A DNA stretch of 63,957 nucleotides, the filler included, from an uncultured bacterium (lineage in GTDB: Bacteria; CAYJOG01): NCBI GenBank assembly GCA_964371695.1. It is 6 parts of 6 records of this genome, joined end to end, with 100 filler letters (N's around TTAATTAATTAA, not from the genome) between each part and the next. Parts side by side here need not be neighbours in the genome. Positions count along the whole stretch, not along the records: positions 44,158 to 54,962 come from CAYJOG010000058.1; positions 55,063 to 63,957 come from CAYJOG010000084.1; 4 more parts are not named here. The stretch is one strand, 5' to 3'. The notes under the pieces were generated by a model. The model had not been told where the DNA came from, did not search any database, and saw only the letters and a program-made list of their open reading frames with translations. The position numbers and the translations under genes were made by a program. Shown here piece by piece: positions 50,870-61,592 of this stretch; the stretch's first letter is position 1, and every line of letters begins with the position of its first letter.

Positions 50870-53200
50870 TCATGGCACGGCGGTGGTGATTTTCACCACG
50901 TTGCTGTCGCCGGGTTGTTTGAGCAGCCAGTCGTCGGGGTCCAGCACCAGTTCGCTGGCCTGAAAAGAAACCGGAAAGGAAAATCCCGTGTTTTCACCCT
51001 TCAGGGCCAGACTGCGCCGCACCTGCTGGGCTTTGTATCGCAGGAGCAGAGAAACTTTCTGGTGATAGGCCGGGCCGGGTTGCACCAGTGCGCCGCTCAG
51101 CCTGCCCCCCGCCAGACTCAGGCCCTGGGCCTCCAGCCGCAGATAACCCGTGCGTTTCAGCCACTGGTCCAGAAACGGAGACTGGTTGCGCCCCGTGGTT
51201 TTGTTGAGCGAGGTGCGCAGCGACGCCAGCGTGACCGAACGGGCGCTGTGTGTGATGGCGTACTCCCTCATGGCGCGCTCGAACAGGGGGGGTGAAAGCT
51301 CGTGCCGCAGCATGTGCAGCACCCACGCGCCTTTTTGATACACCACCCCCAGATAACTGGGGTTCTCAAAAGAGTTCTCCAGAATCGGCACGTCGCCATA
51401 GCGCAGCAGGTCGTGAAAATAACGCGTGGCCATGAGCGCCAGCCGCCGCCGGGCCACGTCCTGGCCCTGTTCGTGTTCCTGAAAAAGCACGTCGGCGTAG
51501 CTGGCGAAGCCCTCCCACAACCAGGGGGGGGTGTCTTTGAGCAGACTCAGCGACACCTGATTGCCCCACCACTGGTGCGCCAGTTCGTGGGCCAGCACGC
51601 CGGTGCCTTTGGCGCGCACCGCCTCGCGGCCCCCCAGCATCACCAGGGTGGCCTCGGCGTATCCCTTGAACACGGGGCTGTTGATCTGACAGACCTTGAC
51701 CACGGGGTAACGGGACGGACCATAAAGACCGGCGTAAAACTTCATGGCCCGCTCAGTCATGCGCAGCAGACCCGGCGCGGCGGCGGCGTCTTTGGCCGAG
51801 AGATAGGTGGTGTAAGGCCCCCGGCGCGCAACACTGAACTGGCCATAACACAGGCTGTTGTGGCCGTGTTTCACGGGCATGACCCAGCGGGCGCGATAAC
51901 GGCCCCGGCGGGTTTCTTCACGCACCAGCCGCCCGGCGGCCACCGCCTTGAGGGGGGCGGGAAAATCCACGTCGGTCACCATGTCCATGAGGCCGTCGTA
52001 ATCCAGCGTGGGCATCCACATGTCCGTGGCGGTGAGGTAACCCTCTTTGGGCGACACCAGCCCCAGACCCCCCACCGGCACACCCCGCAGTCGGGCCACC
52101 TTGCCCATGGGGCCATCGGGTGGGCGCAGCGAGAGCCGCCCCTGCCACGAGAGCGTGAGTGTGTCGCCTTTTTTCAGCGGCCCCCGCAGGGGAATGGACA
52201 GCATCTGCCCCTCTGCCTTGGGTTTCATTTCCTTGCCATCCAGCATCAGGCGAACCAGACGAAAACGGTCGTTGTACAAAAACTCCAGCGACTCCTTGAT
52301 GGGGCCGGTCACCGCCACACCCAGCGAGCCGGACACCGCCAGGGACATCTTCCCCAGGCGCACCCTTGTGTGGACCCAGGTGATTTTTTTGGGTTGTTTG
52401 AGGATTTTACGCAGGGCCGCGTCGGCGCTCTGCTGCATCACCACGGTCATCTGGCGCGACTCGTTGCCGCCCCCCCCGCCCTGATACTCCTTCAACTCCC
52501 GCGCCCGGTCTCCCGCCTCGCGTCCCAGTTCGGTGTCTGGGCTTTTTTCGGCCAGTTTTTCAAAAGCCTTGCGGGCTTCTTCTTCGCGGTCCAGGCGCGT
52601 GGCATAAATCTCGCCCAGGCGGAACAGGGCTTCGTCGGCCCGTTTGTGGCTGGGCAGGTCGTCCACCAGTTGCTGATAGGCGTCCGCCGCGTCGTCGAAC
52701 TCCCCCAGCGCGTCGTTGAGCTGGCCCATGCGGAACCACAACTCCCCCAGGGGTTCGTCTTTGGGCAGCGGGGGCCGGGCCAGGCGCAGGGCAATGCGCT
52801 TGAGCGCCTTCATGGGCTGCTTTTTGAACTTCCACAACAGGTCGGCTTCTTCGGCCAGCAGCACGTCCGAGAGTGGGTCTTTGCCGTGACGCGAGCGGAA
52901 GTCTTCCAGTCGGCTCAGCAGTTCCTTTTTGTCGCCCAGCCCCCGGCGGGCGATATCGAGCGCCAGCAGCCGGACCTCTTTTTGCTGGGCGTCGGTGGCG
53001 GTTTTGTCAAAATCCTTCAAAAACCTGTCCACTTCTTTCAGCGCCGCCTTCAGCGCGGGTTTGTCTTTTTTGAGAAACGCCTGGCCCGTTTGCTGCTTCA
53101 GCCGCGCCAAGCGCTGGGGGGGCTGGTTCCACCACCATCCGCCCCCCGCCACTGCTCCCAGCAGCACCACCAGCAACAACCAGGGCAAGAGACGTTTCAT
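50870..53200 (-). CDS. TPR-containing M1-family metallopeptidase
   Basis: N-terminal anchor, TPRs, HELAHQWWG-x-WLWEGFASY, VYQKGAWVLHMLR. Confidence 0.85.
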   Translation of the reverse strand: MKRLLPWLLLVVLLGAVAGGGWWWNQPPQRLARLKQQTGQAFLKKDKPALKAALKEVDRFLKDFDKTATDAQQKEVRLLALDIARRGLGDKKELLSRLEDFRSRHGKDPLSDVLLAEEADLLWKFKKQPMKALKRIALRLARPPLPKDEPLGELWFRMGQLNDALGEFDDAADAYQQLVDDLPSHKRADEALFRLGEIYATRLDREEEARKAFEKLAEKSPDTELGREAGDRARELKEYQGGGGGNESRQMTVVMQQSADAALRKILKQPKKITWVHTRVRLGKMSLAVSGSLGVAVTGPIKESLEFLYNDRFRLVRLMLDGKEMKPKAEGQMLSIPLRGPLKKGDTLTLSWQGRLSLRPPDGPMGKVARLRGVPVGGLGLVSPKEGYLTATDMWMPTLDYDGLMDMVTDVDFPAPLKAVAAGRLVREETRRGRYRARWVMPVKHGHNSLCYGQFSVARRGPYTTYLSAKDAAAAPGLLRMTERAMKFYAGLYGPSRYPVVKVCQINSPVFKGYAEATLVMLGGREAVRAKGTGVLAHELAHQWWGNQVSLSLLKDTPPWLWEGFASYADVLFQEHEQGQDVARRRLALMATRYFHDLLRYGDVPILENSFENPSYLGVVYQKGAWVLHMLRHELSPPLFERAMREYAITHSARSVTLASLRTSLNKTTGRNQSPFLDQWLKRTGYLRLEAQGLSLAGGRLSGALVQPGPAYHQKVSLLLRYKAQQVRRSLALKGENTGFSFPVSFQASELVLDPDDWLLKQPGDSNVVKITTAVP

Positions 53201-53221
53201 GGGCAGGTCAGTTTACCAACA

Positions 53222-53264
53222 GAACTCATCTCAAAAATCCCTCCATGGATATGTGAGATGGTTC
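53222..53264. repeat. Minimal MITE family C hairpin between divergent genes
   Basis: GAACTCATCTCAAAAATCC..GGATATGTGAGATGGTTC; same left end as 55443. Confidence 0.55.
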
Positions 53265-53277
53265 TAAACTGACCGGC

Positions 53278-54087
53278 ATGTCAGAACGGTATACCTTGAA
53301 GGGCGACGGCGTGGCGCTGATCACCGGCGCCAGCAGCGGCCTGGGGGTGGAGTTCGCCCAGTGCCTCTGCCGCCGGGGTTATGACCTGATGCTGGTGGCG
53401 CGACGAGAAGAGCGCCTGCAAAGCCTGGCCCGTCACCTGCACGCCGCCCATGGCAAAAAAGTGTGGGTGTGCCCGGCAGACCTTGCCCAGACCGGCGCGG
53501 CGCAAAAGGTGGCGGACTTCACCCAGGCGCACAAGCTGGACATCGCGCTGTTGGTGAACAACGCCGGTTCTGGTGATGAAAAAAGTTTTGTGGAGCAGCC
53601 CCTGGCCCGCCAGCGGGAGATGCTTCACCTGAACACGCTGACGCTCACCCAGCTTTGCCGCCATTATCTGCCCCACCTGCAAGAGCGGGGCGGCGGGGGC
53701 ATCATCAACGTGTCCAGCGTGGCGGCGTTTTTTCCGCTGCCGGGACACGCGGTGTACGCCGCCAGCAAGGCTTACGTCAACAGTTTCAGTCAGGCCCTTG
53801 CCGCCGAGGCCGCGCCCAATGGCGTGATGGTGCTGGCCTTTTGCCCCGGCCCCACCGACACCGAGTTTTCGGAAGTGGCGGGGGTGAACGCCGCCAGCCA
53901 CGGCGCGGCGGGGTTTTTCATGATGAATGCGCGCCAGACCGTGCATCTTTGCCTGGCGGCTTTTGACCGGGGTGAGCACCTGGCGGTGGCGGGCACAACC
54001 AACGAACTGTTTCGCCTGGCCCGGCGTGTTTTGCCCGACGCCCTGCTGGGGCGCGTGGCCCACCTGCTGATGAACGCGGCGGGGTGA
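53278..54087 (+). CDS. SDR family oxidoreductase
   Basis: TGASSGLG, NNAG, NVSS, YAASK. Confidence 0.93.
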   Translation: MSERYTLKGDGVALITGASSGLGVEFAQCLCRRGYDLMLVARREERLQSLARHLHAAHGKKVWVCPADLAQTGAAQKVADFTQAHKLDIALLVNNAGSGDEKSFVEQPLARQREMLHLNTLTLTQLCRHYLPHLQERGGGGIINVSSVAAFFPLPGHAVYAASKAYVNSFSQALAAEAAPNGVMVLAFCPGPTDTEFSEVAGVNAASHGAAGFFMMNARQTVHLCLAAFDRGEHLAVAGTTNELFRLARRVLPDALLGRVAHLLMNAAG

Positions 54088-54125
54088 GCCGGGCACGGAT
54101 CTCAAGGGATTCATCCGCTTTTTTC

Positions 54126-54298
54126 AGGAGTAGGCGCGGTGTCCTCACCGCGCTTCAAAAATGACGGCGATGAGGACATCGCCGCTACTCCTGTGTAATA
54201 GTTCATTTTTCTGAAGTTTGTATATGCCGGAATTGTTCCCGCTCCCCATAGGGGAGAGGGAACGGTGTTGGAGTGCATAAATTTATGAAAATGAACTA
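54126..54298. repeat. GTAG REP-like pair followed by MITE with TIR TAGTTCATTTT (54199-54298)
   Basis: AGGAGTAGGCGCGGTGTCCTCACCGCGC matches 50611; TIRs visible. Confidence 0.7.
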
Positions 54299-54318
54299 TG
54301 GACACCTTCGTCCATACC

Positions 54319-54962
54319 TCACCCAAAAACCCACCGCCGTGCCAAGCCCGCCTCTGTGCGGTCAAAGATGCCCTTGGCCAGCACGGGAATCGCGAAGGTC
54401 CAGTAAATCAGCAGCCACGCGGGCATGCCCAGCAGCACCGGGTCGTCGTACACATACAGGCCGCTGCCTATCAGCGAGGCTTCAAACAAAATGCCCAGCA
54501 CCGTGGTCACGGCCATCAGCCTCAGCTCGGCGGCGGTGGGGGGCAGGGCCAGAAAACGGGCCGACAGCACCAGGGCATAACCAATGGTGGGCAGTGGCTC
54601 CTGACGCACGGTGTGATAGATGACCCAGCGCAGCGCCGCCACTGTGGCGGCGTCCAGCGCCAGGCGTTTGTCCAGCCGCCAGGGCCGCCTGCCCAGGGGG
54701 CGGCCCCTGAAAAACTCCCAGATGAAACAGGTGCCTGAAACCCGTGAACACGTGGCCCCAGAACAGGAACATCCAGGGCGGCAGGGGAATGTCGAACTGT
54801 TCCTTGAGGAAATGATCGGGCGTGTAGCGGTAGACCTCTTTGATCATCGAGATCATGTCGTTGCCGCCGACCGCCACCACGCCCAGCAAAAAAAACACCC
54901 AGTCGTGTTTCAGCCCCAAAACCACAAACCGGGCCCCCCCAAAGGCGCACACCAGCGCCCTC
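54319..54962 (-). pseudogene. Membrane protein (DUF2878-like), 5' partial, frameshifted near 54695
   Basis: ..HLGVFQGPP continues in a shifted frame as GRRPWRLDKRLALDAATVAALRW..GMPAWLLIYW; shift lies in C/G runs. Confidence 0.55.
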
Positions 54963-55062
54963 NNNNNNNNNNNNNNNNNNNNNNNNNNNNNNNNNNNNNN
55001 NNNNNNTTAATTAATTAANNNNNNNNNNNNNNNNNNNNNNNNNNNNNNNNNNNNNNNNNNNN
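54963..55062. other. Artificial contig linker
   Basis: N44-TTAATTAATTAA-N44. Confidence 0.99.
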
Positions 55063-55389
55063 GTGGCGTCCATGCTGGGGCTGATCATGCAGCGCAAGAG
55101 CGGCGGTGTGCGTTATTTCGTGGATGGGTATTACCTGGGCCTGACGCCGGGGGACAAGGAGCTTTGGTATCAGAGCATTCTGGACCCCTCTCAGGAGGGT
55201 GTGGTTTTCCTGCGTCACGCGCCGGTGGTGAAGGATGGCCGCCTGCTGGTGGCCCTGGGTGACATCGCGCCCTATCTGGGGTTGAAACTGTCCTATGACA
55301 AATCCCGGCGGCACCTGGCCATCACGGTGGATCAGGTGATTTCCACCTTTAGTCCGGGGCCACGTTTTCAGGGTGTATTCGGTTATTGA
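55063..55389 (+). CDS. Copper-amine-oxidase N-terminal (stalk)-like domain protein, 5' partial
   Basis: APVVKDGRLLVAL.DIA..LG.KLSYD...LAIT. Confidence 0.55.
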   Translation: MASMLGLIMQRKSGGVRYFVDGYYLGLTPGDKELWYQSILDPSQEGVVFLRHAPVVKDGRLLVALGDIAPYLGLKLSYDKSRRHLAITVDQVISTFSPGPRFQGVFGY

Positions 55390-55442
55390 AGTTGCTGGCT
55401 CTGCGCCTCATGCCGCCTGTTAACATGACCGCATGAATCCTG

Positions 55443-55784
55443 GAACTTATCTCAAAAATCCATCCGTGGATTTTTTCGGACGCCGGTTCCGGGGCTTTGC
55501 CCCGGCCCCAAGCGCGAAAATCTGTGGGTTTTCAACCCTACGATTTTCGGTGCAGGCCATCCTGGCCTGCCAGCAGCCATCTCAGAGCCTTTTTATAAAG
55601 TCCGTCCTGGACTTTATAAACGCACCGCCAGCGGGGGCAAAGCCCCCTCGGCGGGCAAAAACCTCAGTGTTTTCAACACTTCGGCTTTTGGAGCGGGCCA
55701 TCCATGGCCCGCAAGAGCCTGTTTCTGTTTCACCATGTTTCACATGGCGCAATTTGGAAACAGGCTCTCAAGGGTATTTTTGAG

Positions 55785-55792
<8 letters not shown>
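55443..55792 (-). mobile_element. MITE family C containing nested family B copy
   Basis: Ends GAACTTATCTCAAAAAT / ATTTTTGAGATGGCTGC; its terminal hairpin GCAGCCATCTCA..TGAGATGGCTGC is split by the inner element. Confidence 0.65.
55585..55767 (-). mobile_element. MITE family B copy 3 (183 bp, TSD TCA), inverted
   Basis: GAGCCT..AGGCTC ends; TCA at 55582-55584 and 55768-55770. Confidence 0.88.
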
Positions 55793-56846
<1,054 letters not shown>

Positions 56847-56849
56847 CCC

Positions 56850-57872
56850 ATGCGGCCCTTTCTCACAACCACCCGGATGGTGCTCATTCTGCTGATGATC
56901 CCGGCGTTTCTGTTGCTGGGCGCGCTGGGATTCATGGTGGTGGAAGGCTGGAGTTTTTCGGACAGCCTTTACATGTCGCTGATCACCCTCAGCACACTGG
57001 GGTTTTCAGAGGTGCATCCACTCTCGCCCGCTGGCCGGGGCGTGGTGGCGGTGGTGGTGCTGCTGAGTTTGGCGGCCATGCCGATTATCACCGCCATGGT
57101 CACCACCTGGTTTTTTGAAAACACCTTTGTGTCACTGTTCAAGGAGCGTCGCATGAAACGGCAACTGGACCACCTGGAAAAACACGTCATCATCTGCGGC
57201 CTGGGGCGCATGGGGCTGGAACTGGCCCAGCGGCTTGAAACCGCCGGAAAAACCTTTGTGGCCATTGAGCAGGACGGCAACATTCTGGAAGACGTGCGTC
57301 AGCATCACCCCCACTGGCTGGTGCTGCACGGCGACGCCACCAGCATGGAGTTGCTCAAGGACGCCCGTGTTGAAAAAGCCGAAACCCTGGTGGCTGCGCT
57401 TTCCAGCGACGCGGACAACCTCTATCTGCTGCTCAACGCCAAAGAGGTGGCCCCGCAGGCCCATCTCATCGCCCGTGCGGAATCCTCTACCGGTGCGCGG
57501 CGGTTGAGCCAACTGGGGGTCAACCACATCGTCACGCCGGTGGAAATCGGCGCACGGCGCATCAGCAATCTCATCCTTTCACCCCATCTGGTGGAGTTCA
57601 TGGACAACATCGCCAGCACCCACGGCCAGTCGGTGCAGATATACACCTATCAGGTGACAGAGGGCGACCGCCTGTGCGGCAAAGCCCTCCACGCGCTGGA
57701 AATTCCGCACCGTTCGCAGATGCTGGTGGTGAGCATCGAGTCCACCGAAGGCGCCATGCGTTTTGGCCCGCAGGCCGACACCGTGCTCAAAAACGGCGAC
57801 CGGCTTTTTCTCACCGGCCCTTCAGAGAACCTGCCGCTGTTTGAGTCGCTGGCACGGGGAGAAGGCGACTGA
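56850..57872 (+). CDS. Two-TM potassium channel with RCK/TrkA domains
   Basis: ITLSTLGFSEV pore, IICGLGRMG, GDAT, TrkA-C. Confidence 0.9.
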   Translation: MRPFLTTTRMVLILLMIPAFLLLGALGFMVVEGWSFSDSLYMSLITLSTLGFSEVHPLSPAGRGVVAVVVLLSLAAMPIITAMVTTWFFENTFVSLFKERRMKRQLDHLEKHVIICGLGRMGLELAQRLETAGKTFVAIEQDGNILEDVRQHHPHWLVLHGDATSMELLKDARVEKAETLVAALSSDADNLYLLLNAKEVAPQAHLIARAESSTGARRLSQLGVNHIVTPVEIGARRISNLILSPHLVEFMDNIASTHGQSVQIYTYQVTEGDRLCGKALHALEIPHRSQMLVVSIESTEGAMRFGPQADTVLKNGDRLFLTGPSENLPLFESLARGEGD

Positions 57873-57873
57873 C

Positions 57874-58533
57874 GTGACGCTGCTCGACGCTTTGGGGGAT
57901 TTTTCGCGCGTGGCCCTGTCGCTGGTGGCCATTGTGAATCCTTTGGGGGCGGTGCCTTTTTTCATCACGCTCACGCGGGACAAAACGGCGGCGGACCAGT
58001 TGCGTCTGGCGCGGGTGGCGGGTCAGTCGGTGTTGCTGATTCTGGTGTTCGCCGCGCTTATCGGAGAAGGTGTGCTGGACTTTTTTCACGTGAGCCTGCC
58101 CGCCTTTAGGGTGGGCGGGGGCGTGTTGCTCATGCTCATGGCCATTGACATGATGCACGCCCGGCAAAGCGGCGCGGTGCAGACGCCCGAAGAAATACAG
58201 GAAGCCAAAAATTACAGCGAAGTGGCGGTGGTGCCGCTGAGCATTCCGCTGCTTTCCGGGCCGGGGGCCATCAGCGCGGCGATTCTTTACAGCCACGAGG
58301 CGCGGGTGGCGGCTCAAGGTGAGGTGGCGCTGCGCCTGGGGCTTTTGCTGGGGGCCGCCGCCGTCACGGCGCTCATCACCTGGGTGAGCCTGCGCCTCGC
58401 GGTGCCCATTGGCAAACGTCTGGGGCAGAGCGGCATCAACATTGTGGCGCGCCTGATGGGCCTGCTGCTGGCGGCCATTGCGGTGGAGTTTGTCACCGCC
58501 GGTCTGCTCAAATTGTTTCCGGGTTTGGGGTAG
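57874..58533 (+). CDS. MarC family membrane protein
   Basis: IVNPLGAVPFF, VPLSIPLLSGPGAI, RLMGLLLAAIAV. Confidence 0.92.
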   Translation: MTLLDALGDFSRVALSLVAIVNPLGAVPFFITLTRDKTAADQLRLARVAGQSVLLILVFAALIGEGVLDFFHVSLPAFRVGGGVLLMLMAIDMMHARQSGAVQTPEEIQEAKNYSEVAVVPLSIPLLSGPGAISAAILYSHEARVAAQGEVALRLGLLLGAAAVTALITWVSLRLAVPIGKRLGQSGINIVARLMGLLLAAIAVEFVTAGLLKLFPGLG

Positions 58534-58555
58534 TTTTTGCCATTGACGCAGTGCC

Positions 58556-59311
58556 TTATTTCAACAGGCCATAACGCCGGGCCAGCTTTTTTTGCAGGGG
58601 GGAATACACGGCGGCCTCCAGGGCGATGCCCACCACCAGAATCAGCACAATGACCGACAACACGCGGGACATGTCGTTGAGGTCGCGGCCCATCTGCAAC
58701 TCATTGCCCAAACCCGGTGTGCTGAACAGCAGCTCCGCCGCCATCAGGGAGCGCCACGCCAGACTCCACGCCTGACGGTAACCACTCACAATGCCCACCA
58801 GCGCTGCGGGCAGCAGCACGTCGGTGGCCATGTGCAGGCCCCGCGCCCCCAGGTTGTGGCCCGCCCTGAGCAGTAGGGGCGGCACCTGACGGATGGCGTC
58901 GGCCACGCCCAGCGTGGCGGCCCCCAGCGCGCCCATGAACACCACAAACAGAATGGCCGTGTCGCCAAAACCAAACCACAACAACGACAGCGGCAGCCAG
59001 CAGATGCTGGGCATGGACCCCATGCCCGTCACCAGCACGCCAAAGGTGTTTTCAATCACCGGCAGGCGGGCGATGCCCACCCCCAGCGCGGTGCCCACCA
59101 CAAGCGCAATGCCGTAACCCGCCAGCAGGCGCTTGAGGCTCAGCAGCACCGCCAGGGGATAGGACCCCTCCATGAAACCGTCCCGAAAGGTGAGCGAGAT
59201 GTCCCTGAGGGGCGGAAACAGATAGGGGGGCAGGCTGCCAAAGCGGGCCACGGCCTCCCACACCAGGGCCAGCAGCAGAAAAAACACAGCGGCCTGAGCG
59301 GCTTTTTTCAT
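58556..59311 (-). CDS. ABC permease (SsuC/TauC/NitT family)
   Basis: YLFPP, SLKRL..GY, PSICWLP, AWRSLMAAEL. Confidence 0.92.
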   Translation of the reverse strand: MKKAAQAAVFFLLLALVWEAVARFGSLPPYLFPPLRDISLTFRDGFMEGSYPLAVLLSLKRLLAGYGIALVVGTALGVGIARLPVIENTFGVLVTGMGSMPSICWLPLSLLWFGFGDTAILFVVFMGALGAATLGVADAIRQVPPLLLRAGHNLGARGLHMATDVLLPAALVGIVSGYRQAWSLAWRSLMAAELLFSTPGLGNELQMGRDLNDMSRVLSVIVLILVVGIALEAAVYSPLQKKLARRYGLLK

Positions 59312-60393
59312 CAGGGGCCTCCTGCGGCGCGCACCGCCTGGGCCGGAAAGGCGCGGGGCGTGTTGGCGGCCCTGGTGAGTTCGGGCAGCACCTGATGGGT
59401 CCAGTGGTCGCTTTCGTCGGTGCCGTTGGGGCGTGGGGCGTTGCGGCCCAGGTCAAACGAAGCCTGCAAGCCGCCGCCGGGGCGCATCACGAGAATCCTG
59501 TCGGCCAGCCACACCGCCTCGCGCACGTCGTGGGTGATGAACACCACGGCTTTTTCGGTCTGGCGGGTGAGGTTCAGCAGGTCGTCATAAAGCGCCTGTT
59601 TGGTGAGGGCATCCAGGGCGGCAAAAGGCTCATCCATCAGCAGCAGTTCCGGATCCAACACCAGGGCGCGGGCCAGGGCCACCCGCTGGCGCATGCCGCC
59701 GGAAAGATGATGAATGGGGTGATTCTCAAAGCCCGACAGCCCCACGCGGCCCAGGAAGTCCTGGGCCAGCTCCAGCCGCGCCCGTTTGCTGATAGGGTGA
59801 TAACGCAGGCCAAAGGCCACGTTGTCGATGGCCGAGAGCCAGGGGAAAAGCCCCAGTTCCTGAAACAGCATGACGGTGTGGGGCAGGGGGCCGCCGCCGG
59901 GACCACAGAGGGTGCCCGCGTCGGGTTTTTCAAAACCGGCGATGAGGTTGAGCAGGGTGCTTTTGCCGCAGCCGCTTGGCCCCAGCAGCACCAGAAACTC
60001 ACCCTTTTTCAGGTCCAGGGAAAAATCGTTGAGCGCCGTGTGGGTGGCGCCGCCAAAAACAAAATGTTTGCTCAGGTTTTGCAGCCGCAATACGGGTGTT
60101 TCCGGGTCGTCGGCCTTCACGCGCCTGAGCACCAGTTTCCATTCCTCTTTGGGATGCTGAACATGAGACTGAAGCTCCACCGTCAGGCCGTGCCGCTCGG
60201 CGAAAAAAGGCACGGTTTCTTCCACCACCGGCAGGTGATCGGTGAGCACCACCATCACGCCGCCTTCTTGCATGGCCTCGGTGGCTTTTTTCACCCGCAC
60301 CAGACTGGTGGGGCACACCTCGCCGCGAATGTCCAGAATCTGGGCGTTGGGGTCAAAGGGCGTGGGGGCGGCAGACTTGTAAAAAGGCTTCAT
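59311..60393 (-). CDS. ABC ATPase (SsuB/TauB-like) with N-terminal TusA-like sulfur-carrier domain
   Basis: LDIRGEVCPTSLVRVKK...VLTD TusA-like segment, then GPSGCGKS, LSGGMRQR, LLMDEPF in one frame. Confidence 0.9.
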   Translation of the reverse strand: MKPFYKSAAPTPFDPNAQILDIRGEVCPTSLVRVKKATEAMQEGGVMVVLTDHLPVVEETVPFFAERHGLTVELQSHVQHPKEEWKLVLRRVKADDPETPVLRLQNLSKHFVFGGATHTALNDFSLDLKKGEFLVLLGPSGCGKSTLLNLIAGFEKPDAGTLCGPGGGPLPHTVMLFQELGLFPWLSAIDNVAFGLRYHPISKRARLELAQDFLGRVGLSGFENHPIHHLSGGMRQRVALARALVLDPELLLMDEPFAALDALTKQALYDDLLNLTRQTEKAVVFITHDVREAVWLADRILVMRPGGGLQASFDLGRNAPRPNGTDESDHWTHQVLPELTRAANTPRAFPAQAVRAAGGP

Positions 60394-61442
60394 GGCGTTT
60401 TCCTTTTCTGACCGGTGATGTTTTTTTGTGTTTTTTGTGTCACGGCGTTCAGCCAGCGCAGATCAAAGATGCCTTTCAGGGGATAAGGATGTCGGCCCAG
60501 AAACCCCAGCGCTGCAGCATCAGCAGCGTTTCTTGTCACGGCGGCGGCCATGGGTTGAAAGGTGAAAGAGAGCCTTTTCCATGCGCTGTTGAATATCTCG
60601 GCAGAGAGTGGTTTTCCGGTGTCCAGGGCCAGTTGCCGGTTGGTGCGTTGTTGGGCCGCCTGGGGGTGGGTTTTGATCCAGCGGATGGTGCGGACATGGG
60701 TGCTCACCAGCGTCCGGGTGCTGCGGGGGCGGCGGCGGATGAACTCCTGCGTGGCCACCAGAAGCGTGGTGGGATACACCCCGCCGGACCAGTGGGCGGA
60801 TTCCTCAAACAGCACCTTGCCCCCGGCCTGTTGCGTGAGGCGGCTCACCCAGGGTTCCACCACCCAGGCGCCGTCCAGATATTTTGTGCCGAAGGCGGCC
60901 ATCATGTCGGGGCCTTCCAGCGTGCGCACCATCAGGTTGGGCAGGTAGCCCTGTTTTTTGAGCCACAGGCGCAGGGCCACGTCCTGTGTGTTGCCGGTTT
61001 GCACGCTGGCGAAACGTTTGTTTTTCAAATCCTCTTTTCGGGCGCGGGCCAAGTGGGGTTGCACCACCATGGCCGCGCCGCCGGCGCAGGCCCCGGCCAG
61101 AATATGGATGGCCTTGCCCCGGCTGCGGACCCAGGCATTGATGGCGGGGCTGGGGCCCACATAGGCCACGTCCACGGCGCGGGCAAACAGGGCCTCCACA
61201 ATGGCCGGGCCGCCGCTGAAGACTTTCCATTCCACCGGGACATTGCCCAGGGCTTTTTCAAAAGCCCGTTGCTGCTGGGCCACCAGGGCGGGGGCGTGGG
61301 TGAGCGTGGCCAGACGGGCGATGCGGATGGGGGCTGGTTTGGCCTGGGCCGCAGCGGGCCGGGGCAGGAAAAGCGCCGCGAAAATCAGCCACACCGGCAG
61401 GTGGCGGCTGAAAAAGTAAATATCGGATTTGGTCGGTTTCAT
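60390..61442 (-). CDS. ABC substrate-binding protein (SsuA/aliphatic sulfonate-like)
   Basis: LTHAPAL, AYVGPSPAIN, GNTQDVALR, VEPW, YPTT. Confidence 0.9.
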   Translation of the reverse strand: MKPTKSDIYFFSRHLPVWLIFAALFLPRPAAAQAKPAPIRIARLATLTHAPALVAQQQRAFEKALGNVPVEWKVFSGGPAIVEALFARAVDVAYVGPSPAINAWVRSRGKAIHILAGACAGGAAMVVQPHLARARKEDLKNKRFASVQTGNTQDVALRLWLKKQGYLPNLMVRTLEGPDMMAAFGTKYLDGAWVVEPWVSRLTQQAGGKVLFEESAHWSGGVYPTTLLVATQEFIRRRPRSTRTLVSTHVRTIRWIKTHPQAAQQRTNRQLALDTGKPLSAEIFNSAWKRLSFTFQPMAAAVTRNAADAAALGFLGRHPYPLKGIFDLRWLNAVTQKTQKNITGQKRKTP

Positions 61443-61455
61443 TTTTTTGCAATGG

Positions 61456-61541
61456 AAAAACGCACCAAAAGGCTCCCCTCTGGCGGCTCCCCTGACTCTT
61501 GTTGGCGCTGGTGCGTATCAGCGCGCAACCACCGGGAAGCC
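61456..61541 (-). promoter_or_regulatory. Putative attenuator with mutually exclusive pairings
   Basis: ACGCACCA(61516-61509) pairs with TGGTGCGT+TTTT(61467-61456); GGCTTCCC-GGTGGTT(61541-61527) pairs with AGCCGCC..GGGGAGCC(61488-61471). Confidence 0.55.
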
Positions 61542-61586
61542 CCGTTGGGCGCAACAGGCGTTGCAACAACAGGTCACCGGCATCAT
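61518..61586 (-). CDS. Polycysteine leader peptide MMPVTCCCNACCAQRGFPVVAR
   Basis: 22-aa ORF with 5 Cys codons in 7, ending 75 nt upstream of the sulfur ABC operon. Confidence 0.7.
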   Translation of the reverse strand: MMPVTCCCNACCAQRGFPVVAR

Positions 61587-61592
61587 GGGGGC

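Noticed and set aside
55704-55784. N-terminal extension of the desulfhydrase-like ORF
   Set aside because: Lies inside nested MITEs
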